A stretch of DNA of 64,000 bases from Botryllus schlosseri (GCA_051294905.1 CM119371.1:26600001-26664000), one strand, 5' to 3'; counted from the first letter of the stretch, positions 21,254 through 36,624 are shown. The notes: generated from the letters alone by a model not told the origin. Translations and numbers: made by a program.

Positions 21254-24200
21254 CTTCTGATGTTCTGGCAGAATTTCTGCCTATATTTCCTACTCGGAAA
21301 ATATCTGGAAATTCTAGGCATGCGTATTTTCGGCCGAACTCCTCGTGTCAGATCGTCGGTATTCGAAAATCGTCATGCCCTATATCTTCAAATTGGGTAT
21401 CATATAAATCAGAAGATGTCTGGCTCTCAATAGAAACCAAACGCAATTCGCTACGACATATATCTTTAGAGAATTTGGGAGATGAACCTGAACTAGCAGT
21501 GCGATATTATACCACGTCATTTATAACAGAAATGTTTGATTTGCAAACGCCACGGTCATTATTACGCCACGAGTATTAGGTTTGCTTATAATTGCGTAAC
21601 GAATTATTCGAGCCGTTCTTTGCTGCTACGATTAAGAACTAAGTCCAGTGGGCAATACGAACAAAGCAAATGTATATACATTTGCTGATATACAATAATG
21701 CATTCATTGTTATGCAGACTCTGTGTTTCCTCGACCGATTCGATTATCTGGCGCTTCGTAAAACTTAATCCAGATGATTTCGGTATTATGTTATGTCGCC
21801 GAAAGCAGTCAGAATCGTTTACATCAAGGATTAGTTCGAGGTTATGACGTTCCATGCGGCAGTTCCCTAGGATGAAGTTTCCATTAATAAACATTCCGTT
21901 TTAATTTTACCGCATCTATAAGTATGTAGCAACTTGTACTAGAATGAATAGCAGGTACATTATTCTCAGTTCATACAGCCAACGCATGGAGTTTCATTGC
22001 GCATAATTTATGTATGACTATTAACGTACTGATGCCTCCGAATAAAACTATTGTGACTAGTAGGCCTTAAACTATTTTAAAACACATTTTGCTCGTCATT
22101 GATCAGATCTCCGACCACGATGTTAATAGAGCAATTTTCGAACTTTTGACTGACATTTCCTATTTCAGCTAAAGTTGCCGATACTAAGACACGCGTGAAT
22201 TCTATACTGCGTGCCAAGCTCCATACATATAGACTTATCATAATATAATACGGATTTTATCACGTTCTGTATTTAATTTATGGAAAGAGCGAAATGCAGA
22301 CCTACTGTATTTACACAACCTCACTGCTATTTCATATTGATAATATTATTTTGAATTCCACGTAATCTGCGTTCCATTACATCAGGAATCACTTACAGCT
22401 TGTTCCCGGTGATATTGATGAAGGCATGACCTCAGGAATTTATGTAACCGGTTAACCGGATAATTACTGTTAAGTGAGACAATCGATTTCACGAGGTTTT
22501 CATGAAACATTAATCGGGAAATCATTGCACAGTTTTATTGTTGATCCACGTACACGCTCAGTACGAGCGAATACGAGAAAAATCACGCTAATTTCACGTT
22601 CACTGTTCTGCAAAGCCCTCCTTCTAACCACACTGCGTCAATTGTGGAATCCTCTAGATGGGACCGGAGCTCGCAGAGAGTCTGAACGTTGGCAGGTCGT
22701 TTCCCAGAAACTTCGAAGACATTTTACATTCCTTTTGGACCATTCTGTTGTTTGCGTTTACAGTACTGGAAGGACGGAATAGCCGGTACTGGAATTGATG
22801 ACATGACAGCTCGCTCTCATTCCCCTTGAGAAATGCACGTGATCAGGCGCATAGCCAGCCGAAAAATAAGGGGCGAGTTGAAATAAAATGAGGGGGTTTC
22901 GATTTTTTTTCGAATTAAGTAGACCTTTCTGCGTAAATCAATTACGCATGCACGCAAGCAATCGCACATGTTTGCGAACATTCGATTTTATTCAATTGGA
23001 CCCCGTATAGAATTACGAACTTGGAATCATGCGCTCCTCACGAAAGAAATTTGTTTCTGGTACGTTTGGAAGATTCCAATATCTTTCCACTATACTGGCA
23101 ATCCTGTTGGGAGATCGAGAAATAACAACAGGCAACAGAGTGACTTTATTAACATAATGGGCCCACCCGAAAATGCATCATCATTTATATCTGGCCCTAA
23201 ATTTCCGAAAACACACCCTCCAGCAACTCTACCGATGAATCTGATCGCATTGTTTGAGAAATGATGGATATTTGATAGTAACAGGTGAAACTACGAATTT
23301 ATTCGTAAATCGGAAAAAATCTTCGCGCTTTACGCGATCTCAGTAGTTCCCAGTAATTAGTCATAACATGACCACTATGTAGGGATTTCGGTGCATATAG
23401 CAAGACCATATGAAAAAGTAGATTGGTCCGAGTTCCAGAAATGAACATCCACAATTTAACATTGTATTTCGCGTTCAGTTGGTTCATTACCACTATGTCC
23501 TAGTATGCGGCCGTAGGCCATCTAAGTATTCGAAATGCGGCTATAAATAGCAATACGGTTGGCCACCCTTGCTCTAGTACCATGCTTGCAGAAAACGGCT
23601 GCATACATTACACTTGGGGTTGATTTCAATTTTTTAAGGTCCACCGGTCCGGCAAATATCTTTTGAAATTTTACCGGTCCGCGAGGTGAAAAAGATTGAG
23701 AACCACTGATCTATGTCGCAAGTCCAACGTTTGCAGCGGATAATGTTCATAGATTCGTAATCCGTAATATGCACCAGCGAAGTTAAACCAGTGACTACGG
23801 TCTGAAAACATCCCAAACCATGACAATATTAGACCAAGCATTATCTGGTTGTGAGGGCGGTGCGGCAAATTCCTGTTTTTTTTTTTTGCAATAAGGAAGC
23901 AGTCAGTTATAAACTCAAACCGTCAACCGCATTAGTAATTAGTTTCTCTAGCATAATATCGCATGTTTTACAGTATTTATATTGCTCAGTTTATTGGCGC
24001 ACATTTCTGATCCCACCAGAATGTATTAGAGCGTTTCAGATAACAACACCCAGACAACATCGCGAGAAGTTGCAGTTGTTAAGTAACGCGACTGATATTT
24101 GACAATTTGTATGCAGTGTAAGTATTGTAGTATCAGGAGGATGACGTAATTCTTATTCACGTTTGCGTTCTCTGTGTGAACCTTTTTCATACATTACAAT

Positions 24201-24510
24201 TTTCGCTTCAATATAACATCCTTGGGCCACTCCATGCATGGCGCCGGCAGCATAAAAAAGAATCAACATTAAACGAGCATGCATCTTGACGATCTCAAAA
24301 ATCTTACTTGCTTTTTTGTTACAAATGTTTGCTCGAAATATCTATCTTTCCACTTGTGAATACTTAGTTACCATCTGCTGTGAGTTCGCAATAACACAGC
24401 ATCAAGATCGAAATATACACTACAATAGGTAGTCACCGAATGATGCTTATTCAACCAATCAATGAAATTGATATCGTTGTCAGATGCAAAAAAAAATCTA
24501 ACAGGTATAC

Positions 24511-26199
24511 CAGGGCTGTGGAGTCGGTAAATTTTACCACCGACTCCGGTTCCGACTCCGACTCCACCCATTTTCAATATACCGACTCCGACTCCAGAGT
24601 CTTTAAACGTACCGACTCCGACTCCGACTCCGACTCCTGGGTCTTTAAATCCTGTATAAAAAAAAATGTAGCTAAAAAATCCAAGTGTAGCTCTTGGTTA
24701 TGAGTCAGGAACTAATAAAGAGATTGAACTTACTAATTTGGTCATTGCACACTATCCTGATTACAAGCACACACACTCTTACTACTAATGGACATTGGTC
24801 ATAAATGGAATTTGGTTAAGTAGTCAAGGACCATAGCCTATGTCTAGTCTGCATGTACTTGATTAAGTATTCAAGGATTGGGAGACTTGCAGTCTTTCTT
24901 AATCATTTGTTCGACCCAAACAGCTAAGCTACAAATTTTTTTTTAATTTTGTCAAGTGGGAAGCATCGTTTGGTCATATTTACATCATTTTTACAATTTT
25001 ACAAAACCAGCCGATGCATTTGCTCTGTCACAGTATAATGGTATAATTCCAAAAATTGCATCCATTTTGACATCATCGCGAAGACGCATATTGCGATTTT
25101 CTGCCCCCGTGCAACTGAGTTGTAATTTGCAGCTAATGTCTAATTTTAACTATATCAGGGGTGGGCAACTTTTTCGGCCAAAGAGGGACACATGAGATTT
25201 ACGAACCATTGCGCGGGCAACTTGAATGTTGATAACCTTTTTTTATTTGTCCGATAGGAGCGAACCGAATTAGGTAACATTGCAAACAAAACTTATATTA
25301 TTACGGTCTAAAATTGATAATAATATTTGATGCAACTGTGCTGTGCGCAATCAGGCCCTGGTCGCGCCAAGCGCACAATTTTTTTGCAAGATAATGACTG
25401 AATTATATCAATAAATATGTTGCTAACATACATTGGGGGCCGCATCTGTATACCACTGGGCTCATTTGACAAGGACAGGATTTTTCGACGTTTAGACATA
25501 GCAAAATCGACGGTGTCAGTGAACATTCCTCTATCATTTTGTGCAAATGTTTCGTCGACGATCTCACTGCAAGTGCACACGCGAAGCCGCATGTTGGACG
25601 AAACGTTATCTCCTAATAGCGAATATAGTTTGATTAAATTCTGTGAATAATGTATTTATAACTTTCAGAAGAGGGCTCAAATACTGAATGCAAGAAATAT
25701 AGTGACAATGAATCATGCGAAGTACCGAGAAAAATTTCAACTCAAATAAATCTGCTATGAAAATTCTACTTTATGGTCATATACGAAGATCTGGGATAAA
25801 TGTGGCTGGCCCCTGGATACGTCAATGCGTCAGAACTGCTGTTTTAGTCATCATGAAATTTCGCGGTCATGCTAATCAAATTTTGGTTGGCCTTGCAATT
25901 GTACCTGATGTCATAAACAATTTCGAGAATTACCTCGCAGGCCACACTTAACCTTCTCGTGTGCCAAATTTAGCCTGCGTGCCATGGGCTGACCGCACCT
26001 GATCTGTATGGATATTAATAACAGTGATTGGTGCTACATAAAAATTCTATTGAAAATTCTTTGAAAGCAAACGTTTTCATGATAGAGAAGTTGGATTCGG
26101 AGTCGGAGTCCGACTCCAGTCAGTATTTTCCCACCAACTGCGACTCCGACTCCAGCAAGCGAACATTACCCAGACTCCGACTCCGACTCCACAGCCCCG
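24511..26199. mobile_element. hAT MITE (cagggctgtggagtcgg, gactcc repeats) with a nested MITE at 25156-26001; itself inside an older copy (~24137-26724) of the tagggatggtgtgaac family
   Basis: TSD aggtatac/aggtgtac; flanks align with the 38238-39472 element. Confidence 0.8.
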
Positions 26200-27583
26200 A
26201 GGTGTACGAAGTCAATCTTGATTTGATATGTTTATGGCAACATAAAAACTAAATCCGTGCGAATGGGGTGTTGTTTATCGATGTATCACTTGTTAAGGGG
26301 GTAATATCGGTAGCAAGTATATGAACCCGTTTTAAACTCTGCTCAATATCAAAGTAGCAATACTCAGACGCCGAATACATTGTCCGGTCTGGCCGGGACC
26401 GTAAAGGTGTAAGCCTGTATTCTCTTGTAAGTTCTCGTCGAAATTGTTGGTAAAGCGACGGAAGATATTGATTTTATGGGATTATTATATCATTTGATTG
26501 ATCCAGTTGATACATTCAGCAACGTTTAAAACTCCAATATGTACTTCTGCATTGCGGCATTATGTGGCCCGAGTCGTCTGTAGTGAACATGAATATAGGC
26601 TATTACTTCACTTAAAAGTAGGGTTGGAATCACCAATATGACGTCACGTGACGTCATAAGGTTCAAGTTCGCGTTCACACAGAGCCTTTCAAAAACGTTC
26701 GCTTTCAGTTCACACCATCCTTTAATTTTCACTTGAGCTCATTGCTACCAAGTATGCCCTGCTGTAAGTGTTGGTACGTTCGGTACGATTAGATTGTTTT
26801 ACAAGAAATTTGCGATAATTAGCGATTGCTTATACGCATTGAATGCAGGTAAACAATCCAGGTCATTTCTAACCTAAATAGTCGTTGCAATCATATGCGT
26901 CGACTTCTATTTTTGCATGGGGGGAGGCAAGCGCGTAGCCAGGGGTTGTCGAAACCCTGTCCTTTTGAAATGACCATTCTGACGCTAATATTCAGTTGCA
27001 ATTCAAGAAGTCGTATTATCAGTGTTTTGCGGGGCGTCGACTGCTATTTTTGCATGGGGTAGAGGCAAGCGCGTAGCCAGTGGTTGTCGAAACCCTGTCC
27101 TTTTGAAATGACCATTCTGACGCTAATATTCAGTTGCAATTCAAGAAGTCGTATTATCAGTGTTTCGCGGGGCCGCGACCAATTAACGAGATTCGTCTGT
27201 GTACGCATATCGCATCGCACAACGTAACGCGACGCGATCCCCTCTGAGTTGATGCGAAATTAGGTCATCAATTGCCGCGCACTCGGCATTCGTCGCTGTA
27301 CCGAGCAGTAACACGGCGCAGCAGTAACACGGCACGACAATTCTGGATTACGAAAGACAGGCACAGATTACAAACCAGGGTTGTAATGACTCGAGTCATG
27401 ACTAGCGTTGGGACCCCGGGAAATCCCGATTCCGGGATCCCGGGATTCGAAGCAATCCCGATCCCGGGATTAATCCCAATGGAATCCCGGGATTTGTAAA
27501 CAACATCGACCAAGGCTGAAGTAGCGCCACATCTCTTAATTTAGTGATAAAGTAGTATCACAAACTCTGCTGATTGTCTAAAA

Positions 27584-29435
27584 CAGTGGTTCTTAACCTT
27601 GCCTCCAGCGCCCCCCAGGGGGCGCTGGCGATTTTGAAGGGGGCGGAAACGCTCAGGGGGCGGTATGGGGGGCGCTGGGCTCAGGGGGGCGGTATGGGGG
27701 GCGCTGGAGAAAAATGGCTTCGCAGTAGATGATGTGGTAGTAGGACATATCCTTAATGAATATATTCAGAGCGAATTAACACCGAAAACTTCGTTATTTA
27801 TAGCCTACAAAAGACATATAGGTTTGATTGTCCATAGGCGCCTAAATGACTGGCACTGAATGTTCCTGTCTTGGCAATCTGAACCTCAGAAGACGAATTT
27901 CATCTGGCAGGGAAAAATAATATGCCAGTGAAGAAATACCAATTTGAAATCGTGTGCGTCTTTTAGTTTAGTACGATTGGACGACAGGGATATATAGAAC
28001 TAGATATCCCCGTTGGACGATATCCCTGTTGGGCGATTCTATATTTTTTTGATATAGCACACAGGAGGTCACGAAATAACATCATGCTACGAAGTCATAT
28101 CAACGAGTCCGCCCGCCCGGCTATGTTTAATTATTACTTACGGGCCCTACAGTTTCCAAGACACCTCACAATGTCCCCTCTACGTTTTGACGAGTCTGCG
28201 CACACTCACAAACTCACTGCGGAGACCCTTGGACAACAGTGCGTAACGACTAAAAAAAGGTCATAACTTCGGATTTGTTGTGCGCAACGTAGATTTTTTG
28301 TGCGCAGAGACCGTGTCAGCACTGCGCACGTGCGCAGCTTAGATGGAACATTGCACCTCACTCAGCTCTACCGGTAAATCTGGTAACTTGAGCAGAGAGG
28401 AAAAGAAATTGATAGCAATATATATGCAATTCCCGATCTTATTGACCGATTTTATCGTGAATTATCGAAAATTTTCGCGCTTCGCACTGTCTCGCTAAAC
28501 AGTACAGCTGATTTCGTGGCAAAAGCGAACAACGTGATGGGGGCCGGTCGGTTTATCACCCTATGGAAGCCCAAGACCCAAGTTTTTTCGGCGGACCTGA
28601 CGAAGTGTCGTTTCGTTCCTGTCAACGGGTATACGCCCTAAGATGTATAATTATTATTGAGGGGTCCTACCATTTCAATCACACATCACTCAGCTCTACC
28701 GGTAAATCTGTTTACGTGAGCAGAGAAAGGATAAAAATTGATATTAATATATATGCACTTCCCGATCATATTGACCAATTCAATCAATAATTATTGAAAT
28801 TTTTCGCGCTTGGCGCGTCTAGGCGAGAATAGCTGGCTCAGTAAATGCACACCCAATGTAGATGACCAGTATCAACAAATAGCGGATAGCCGAAGGGGGC
28901 TCTGGGGGCGGAGCCCCCCGGAAGTTTGGTTTATCTCCCTATGGGGGACTCAAGACCAACGTTTTTTGGGGGGCTGACGAAGTGCTGTTACGGCCCTGGT
29001 AACGAATTAATTGTACCTACGGGCCCGCCCGAATATGTTTTATTTTCCAATACAACAGCTCAGCGCTACTGGTAAATCTGATTAAGTGGGCTGAGAGGAT
29101 AAAAAGTTTATAGCGACATATATGTAATTACCACCTATTCATTTATGCATTATAGAATATTTTGGCACCCAAAGCGACCAGGCCTAGGCCACACAAACTT
29201 TGCTGACCATCGAAATCACGCTACGGGGTTATTGGGGCGAAGCCCTCAGAAGTTTGGTTTATCACGCTATGGGTGCGCAAGGCAATCGTTTTTAGGGGAG
29301 TTGACGAAGTTCTGTTACGGCCCTCCCTCTTACTCATTGTCTTTGGTACATTCCTTACAATATGAGGTTGGGGGGCGCTGGAGCCCGATAATCTTTGAAA
29401 GGGGGCGCTGGAGGAAAAAAGGTTAAGAACCACTG
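27584..29435. mobile_element. Non-autonomous hAT element nested upstream of the transposase
   Basis: TIR cagtggttcttaacctt; perfect TSD gtctaaaa; internal ~330-bp imperfect repeats also found at ~4990-5140. Confidence 0.92.
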
Positions 29436-29601
29436 GTCTAAAACGATTCACAATTATGTGATTTCAATACCAATAATGCCGTAACAATAAACTACACAAT
29501 CACTGACGTCGTAGTCTACGGAGCGTAGCAGCAGTGTAACTGAGTTGTGAGTACCAGCGTTAAAAGGGCTCTGCTGTTTAAGTGGAATACAGGTCGGAAC
29601 A

Positions 29602-31455
29602 ATGGCGAGTTTCGAAGATGTAAGTGCAAAGAGAAAGTCTGATGTGTGGCAACACTTTTTGTTTTGTAAATAGACAGAAAAGGCTAAATGCAATTTGTGT
29701 CAAACTATCTTGAAAGCTTCAGGGTCAAGCACAAAGAGACTGATGACGCATTTAAGGTCCGTACACAAGATAGTAGTTAAATCATGCATGGCTCAATCAT
29801 ACCCGTCCAAGAAAGATCAGCCAAAAATGAAGATGGGGAAGATCGATTCCTTTTGTAAAACGCATAAGCCTCCCCTCGATCAACTTATTAGCCAACTAAC
29901 TGCTGTGGACGGGCTAACATTTAATCAAATTGCTCAAAGTGAGCGAATTCGCAGGGCCTTCAAGGCTGACGGCTATGACTTGCCAAGATCTCACAAACGA
30001 GTTCGGGACTTGGTTATGGAGCACAATAAAATAATTCGCAAAAGTGTGGGAGAAGAGATTATGGCAATGAAACGGAATAATGGGCGTTTTTCAATCACGT
30101 TGGACGAATCAACATCTACGCGGAACAGGCGGTACATGAATTTAAACGCTCATTATTATGGTGGCTTTCGATCGCTGGGTTTCATACGTATTCACGGGAG
30201 CATGAATTCGGCAACGGCAATCAAATTGGTTGAAGAAAGATTGGAATCCTTTGGCATGAATCTGAACACAAATGTAGTGGCAACAGTCACCGATGGCGCA
30301 AGTCTTATGGTAAAATTTGGAAAAGACACCAGTCCTTACCATGTGACTTGTTATGCCCACGCGATCCATTTAGCTGTTTGTGACATTCTGTATATAAAAC
30401 ATACGAGAAGAGTACCTTCAACTAATGCAAATTGCTGCAAAATTGTCCCCGATTCCGCTTCGGATGATGAAGACGAAGACGAAGTCACTCCTTCACTGTC
30501 ACCTAACCTGCAGAACTTGATTAAGAAAGTGCGCGAAACTGTCAAAATCTTTAGACGTTCTCCCGTCAAAAATGACGACAATCTTCAGCCGTTTGTTGTG
30601 GAAGCTTTTGGAAAAGAGAAGATGCTTCTATTGGATTGTAAGACCAGATGGAACAGTTTGCTTTCAATGCTGGAGAGATTCTACGAGTTGAGGAAACAGA
30701 TCAAAATGGCGTTGCTGCAGCTTGACATTCAATTTGATTTGTCTGATGCAGAGTTGGAGGCAATTAAAGACATGTGTGAAGCTCTTGCCCCATTTAAGGC
30801 CGGTATTGACGCACTATCGAGCGAGGAGGCAGATTTGCTGTTATCAGAAAAGATAATCGCATTTATTTTCAAGAAGCTCGAACAACTAAATTCGGAAATT
30901 AGCAAGGATTTGAATAAAAGCTTTAGGTCTCGAATCGACCAGCGTCGGAATGTCGAACTGGTTCACCTTTTTGAGTACCTGAAGAATCCTTCCTACATTG
31001 ATCAAGAGAAGGATCAGCTTGGTCATAAAATAAAACGTCAGAAAATCGTTGCCTTGGCCACTGACGCTCTTCAAAGATTGTTTCCAAGCCAAACTATAGA
31101 AATGGATCGACAATCTGCGGAACAGCACGAAGATCCCTTTATTAGCCAGATTCCGCAAATGACATTGGCGCAAGAGCTGCATGCTTTCGTGACAGATGAT
31201 GAAAGTCGCCAAGAACAAAACGAAAATGTTGGCGCACGAGTACTACAAAAAGAAATGCTGCTATATGAAGCCAGCAAAAAACGGCCAGAAAACTTGAGCA
31301 AGTTATATGAATCAATGAAAACTATTAAGCCAACATCTGTTGAGGCTGAACGTGCGTTTTCAGCTCTTGGATATTTCGCCAACAAAATACGAAACCGTCT
31401 AAATGATGATACTCTTGATGCTCTCATGTTTTTGCGGCAATATTACAAGAAATAA
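29602..31455 (+). pseudogene. BED-finger hAT transposase with one in-frame TAG at codon 24; otherwise open (617 codons)
   Basis: MASFEDVSAKRKSDVWQHF..CK*..AKCNLC...THL..VH (BED); TLDES, VTDGA, CYAHAIHL, TRWNS, PTSVEAERAFS. Confidence 0.93.
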
Positions 31456-33193
31456 ATGTTGTTTGTGTAGCTTGTATGTGTATTTCACTACTTTGCCAAT
31501 CCCGGGATTGAGAAGCTAAAATCCCGGAAATCCCGATCCCGGGATTTCAAATCTGATCCCGAAGTCCCAACCCTAGTCATGACTCGACTCGAGTCACGAT
31601 TTTTTTGTGACTCGACTTGACTCGAGCCATTTTCTTGAAATGGGAAAATGTCTCGACTTGTACCCGAGTCATTACGCATGACTCGACTCAAGTCATTGAC
31701 TCGGCCTATTTTATATGACTTGAAGGTGAAGAAATTTTGCCAATCACAATGGTTAGGTCAACGCATGTGACGAATTCGGTCGACATCACTATTTGTCACC
31801 ACTGCTTTCGTTGCACTCGTCTGATATCAGATATGCCGCCGGAAACAACAAAAGATAATGGTATGGTACATAGTAACAATGCATTGTACAAAATCATCCA
31901 GTGATGAAGAGGTAATAGATCCTCCGCAATCAAAGTACTCAAGACTTTTCAAATATACAAGCATACAATCGAAGCAAAGTTCAATTAGAGCCAATGAAAC
32001 GACTCAAATGGTCAAGTAGTCTACTTGGAAGAGACTGCTAAGCTCATGTGTAGATTTGAAGGCCATGATTCGTTGCATTTTTGGGTGACTAGAAAGGATG
32101 AGTATCTAATGCTCTTCAGTGTGGTTCAAAAATGCTTGTCAATTCATGCATCTAATGCACCAGTGGAACGTGTATCCAATGGACGTGGATTTATTCCAAG
32201 GCCATGCCGCTTTAACATATATGAGAATCTCCTTTATACTTTAGTATTTTTAAGTGTAACTCATTGATTTGATCTGCTGTCTGTAAAAACACACAATACC
32301 CTCCGTCCATTTGACGTTTTGTTGGGTATGTGCATTGTGCACGTGAGTAATAATGAATGGCTAATGTTGTGGGATGTTTGTGCAATAGGGCTGATCAAAA
32401 ATAACTTCTTTTTTAATCTACTGGGTGGCTACTTGATAAAATTGTTATGTTGCATAAAAAGAACACTGAATCTGGCTTAATTTTTAAAGTAGAATCAATG
32501 ATATGAGAGGAGAAAATTTTGGATCTGAAAATAAATGGAGTATTTTCAGTGAGAAATGCTTTCATATAATATAATTACATACTAGTATAGTAAGTCGACT
32601 ATTTTTTCATATCCCAAATATTCCACTCTAATAACTTCGCTTCTTCTAATTCAGGGGTTCTCAACCTGGGGGGCGCGCCCCCCTTTGGGGGCGCGGGAGG
32701 CTCTCAGGGGGGTCGCGAGAAATTGACGAAGTCAGTATAGGGGGGGGGGCGCGAGAAATTGACAAAGTCAGTATAAATTGTACGTGTCTAAACATGTGTT
32801 TCCCATCCATTATGAGAAAACGATTAATGAAGATGAAATATATTCCATATTCAGGAAAGCTTGCAAAATACAAACTCTAGCAACCGCGCTCAACGGAGTA
32901 TAGTCTGATTTCAACTTCATTTGAGCAAATTTTTGAAATTCTTTGGAGATATAGAGAGCAATTCCCACGTGTAAGTCATTCATTGCTTCATAGCTTTGAC
33001 AGTAGCCTAAAGCTTGTCGCGCTGGGCAGCTCTTGTTAGTAGCTTGCGAACTGCACTGCCTAATACAGACTTAGATGCAACATAGGTTGCCCGGTTTCGC
33101 CCTCAATTAGGCTATAAATCAACCCAATTTAATTAATTTCCAAAACTGATTAAATTTAGCCTGACAGGACAGAACAACGCCTTGCTCTCTGTA

Positions 33194-33350
33194 CTCACTA
33201 CCAGCATCAGGATTAGTCTCAGGGTGACCTACCTGGAAATTAATTAATGGATGTCTCGTTTGAAAATAACAAAAAAGACAATGAACAAGACATCCATTAA
33301 TTAATTTCCAGGTAGGTCACTCTGATACTAATCCTGATGCTGGTAGTTAG
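33194..33350. mobile_element. Small near-perfect palindromic MITE with TA TSD (Tc1/mariner-like)
   Basis: ~65-bp arms ctcactaccagcatcaggattag... with a short spacer, flanked by TA. Confidence 0.75.
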
Positions 33351-33947
33351 TACAACAAAAAACATTGAACAAGTTTGGAGGAATTTGTCAGCAATGTAAT
33401 AAAAGACTCAACAACTAGATTGCAGATTCAAAATTGGCGTAAGATATACCTTATATGTATACTATTAGATAAGGGGTGGGCAGCCTGCGGCCGTAGAAGG
33501 GAATTTGAGCGGCCGTCGACGCCTAATTCAATTAGTATGTGTTGGCGGCCGTAGACATGCAAATTGCAATTACGAATTCACTCCCGCATTTTCGAGAGAG
33601 TTTAATTACTCTTGAAATTTTCTTCGCCCTCCGCGCAATTCAACAAGACTTCATTTTTCAATTTTAATGCAGTAGCGCCCTTCTTAATCTGAGCCGGAAT
33701 GGGAATTGGCAAGAAATAACAATTCGTTCGCGGCCCTGAAAAATTTTCGCGCTCCGCGCGACAATGTGCACCTCCTGGCAACTATTCATAACATTGCCAC
33801 TTGCGATTTCGGTGCGTATAATAGGCCATTGTGAAAAGTAGAATAGTCCGGAGTTCACCGGGAACGGATATGGACAGTTTACCATATGAATTTTGCGTCC
33901 AGATCGTTCATTGCGGCTATGCCCTGGAATGCGGCCTTACGCTATAT

Positions 33948-36624
33948 CAGTGCTTTTCAACCTTTTTGAGCTCCATTCGCACTTTTTTTTTTGAAAAATA
34001 ATTTCATTCGCACCAGTCAGCCGAAATTTAGTACACGAAAAGAAAATGAAGAAACTTATCACTCTTGTATTCGAAGAGCTTCTTGGAGGTACTGAGCTTC
34101 ATTATTTTGCATTCGGCGTATCGTATTATTGATTAATCAAGCACTAAAATCACTGCAGTAGAAAAATCACAGATATCGTTGTTCTCAAGAAGTTCGTTGC
34201 ATTTTCCGGGAGTATCGTGCAGTGATTTCCTTCGAAGCTTAAAGGGCGAACCCAAGAACAATATTCACTCGCAACATAATCACTTTGCCACTAAATTCAC
34301 ATGTTACGTCACCGCGATGTGAATGTGTTCGCATTTAGAACGCACAAAATAGTGAAACTGCACTGTGAATCGTAGCATCAGTGTTGCGACTAGCACCTTT
34401 GGTTCATTTTCTGAAAACATTCGAAAATATGCTACACGTACTAAGGTATGTTAGCCGATTGGATGGTACGGTGGACGTTGAAATCAGAAATACATTGCTA
34501 TACAAACCCACACAATCCGAGTAATTGATGACTGTTATTTATGGATAAGCTTAGGCTCCATTCACTTCTTATCTATGCAGTACACAAATCAACATATCTT
34601 TCAATAACAACGTTCGGCCACATTACTATCCCACATTTCCTTATACATGAAGAGTAATAAGGTCTAACAGTCTAATTAAGCTTAAATTAGGCTGCAAAAG
34701 ATATATCGTAAGACATATGGCTAGGTGGATTTGATTTTGCTCTGCAGAGGGTGCTCATGCTCACTGCTCATCTGCTCAAGCTAAATCGGTAGAGTTCGGA
34801 ATATTACGAAGTTTGTAGTACAAAGGCGGTACGAACACGAACTAGGCAAACTTTTCCTATGGATCAGCAAGCTTAGTGGCATCACCAATATGTTATATAT
34901 AGGCCTATGCCTTTACGATCTAGACTTGGCCTGGGATCATCGGTCCAAGCTAGAACAGGAAAGCGTGCCTAAGCCTAAATGGTGAAGTTCGCATTACAAA
35001 CAGGCCATTGCACTGGTCAGTAGATAAACTGCCCAGTGACCTAATAATTCGATGTGATGCAAGATAAATATTCATTGGACGTAAGGCACTAATGTGCTGA
35101 CACCAATTTTATTTTTTACAGACTCTAATCCTTGGTTAGGTACACGAGTAACAGCACTTGTTATGGATCTAATGTGCTAATTGTTATAGTTGAAGAAACG
35201 CTAAATTCTACTGTAAACCAACACGAATGTGTGCCAAAATTCCAACATTTTGCATTCAAATATGCCAAATGTCAACACTGGCATCGGCCACTATTACCTA
35301 CATTCCTACTAGGTCCGTATTCAATATCCAATCCATCCATACATTGTGGATGTTTCCGAGCAACTGATACCGATTCCACTCCTTTTTTTTCCAAGCAGTG
35401 ACGTAATCCTCTCGCGCGGAAATATTCTCTTAAACTTTGCAATATACATTATGCAATACACGCATTGGGAGCGTTCCCAGGGTTGCCAGATTGGCCCTTT
35501 CGGAGCCAAATTCGTGAAATTTGGCCCTTTTTAGAGGCAGTTGGCCCCAAAATAATAATTTGGCCCCTTGGCCCTTTATTTTCAATTTTTGGCCCTTTTT
35601 GGAAGCAGTTGAGACATACCGTCAAACTAAGTATTCAAATAAATCTGTCTCGCAAATTGAGCTACAATGTTTATGCCAATGTCAAAGATTCGAGTGGAAA
35701 CACTGTAGAAGATTTGGATTTGTTTTTGTAGAATGTAGACTGTGTTGGAATTGTAAATACAGATTTGTGAACAGGTGGACGAAAAAGCAGCGAACATGGC
35801 TGGAAGCTATGTAGCAGAAAAAGTCTGAAGAAGAGCACCATTATGGTACTTAATGATTGATAGAAATTTCAAAGAAAAAAATTCAACATAACCGTAGAGT
35901 TTTTTGGTGTAAAACCTAAAAATTAGGTATCTAAGTTGGATAAGTTTCAAATGCAAAGAAACTATTCTCTCAATGTTTAATTAAAATTCATGAGATTTAA
36001 TCACTCTCATATTATAGCACAAAAAGTTTTATTTTACGATTTTATATTCAGTCGGAAAAGGCTTGAAATAATGAAACAGTTATTGTAGTTGGATCCAGTG
36101 TAGTTGCAGGTAGTGGATTTGGTGTCCTACAATAGTATCAATATCGAATGTGACATTCGATAGTATCAACAATATAAAACTGGAATTCCAGGTGTCTATG
36201 GGTAATGTTGCAACGTTATTGACGTTATTGAACAATTTGGCCATTTTTGGCCCCTTTTCTGGCGCTGTTTGGCCCTTTTTCGCAAAAGATGTCCGGCAAC
36301 CCTGAGCGTTCCTCACTTATTAACTGGAAAAGCCTAGCTACCAACAACTTTCTAGAATTCCTTCCAAGCGACAAAATTTACGGGCTCATTGTACTTAATA
36401 TCGTGTACTTAATATTTGAATTATTCTACGTCGGAAAAAGTGAGAAACATGGACAATTTTCATTCGCACTCATCCGGACTTTTCATTCGCACCATTTGCA
36501 CCACGCTTGCCGTTCGCACTCATCCCGATTTTTCATTCGCACCATTCGCACCACGCTTGTCATTCGCACTGAAATTTTTTTCATTCGCACTAGTGCGAAC
36601 CGTCACACAGGTTGAAAAGCACTG
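33948..36624. mobile_element. hAT MITE, nest level 3 (cattcgcac repeats)
   Basis: TIR cagtgcttttcaacct; perfect TSD cgctatat. Confidence 0.92.
35478..36304. mobile_element. MITE, nest level 4 (ttggccc repeats)
   Basis: TIR cagggttgcc; perfect TSD agcgttcc. Confidence 0.92.

Larger units (their letters stand above)
27403..31575 (+). mobile_element. Full-length hAT transposon (Ac-like TSD)
   Basis: TIR tagcgttgggac / gtcccaacccta; perfect TSD gtcatgac; atcccggga subterminal repeats; empty site present in arm A. Confidence 0.95.

Noticed and set aside
24440..24703. SD-repeat ORF
   Set aside because: Translation of gactcc MITE subterminal repeats
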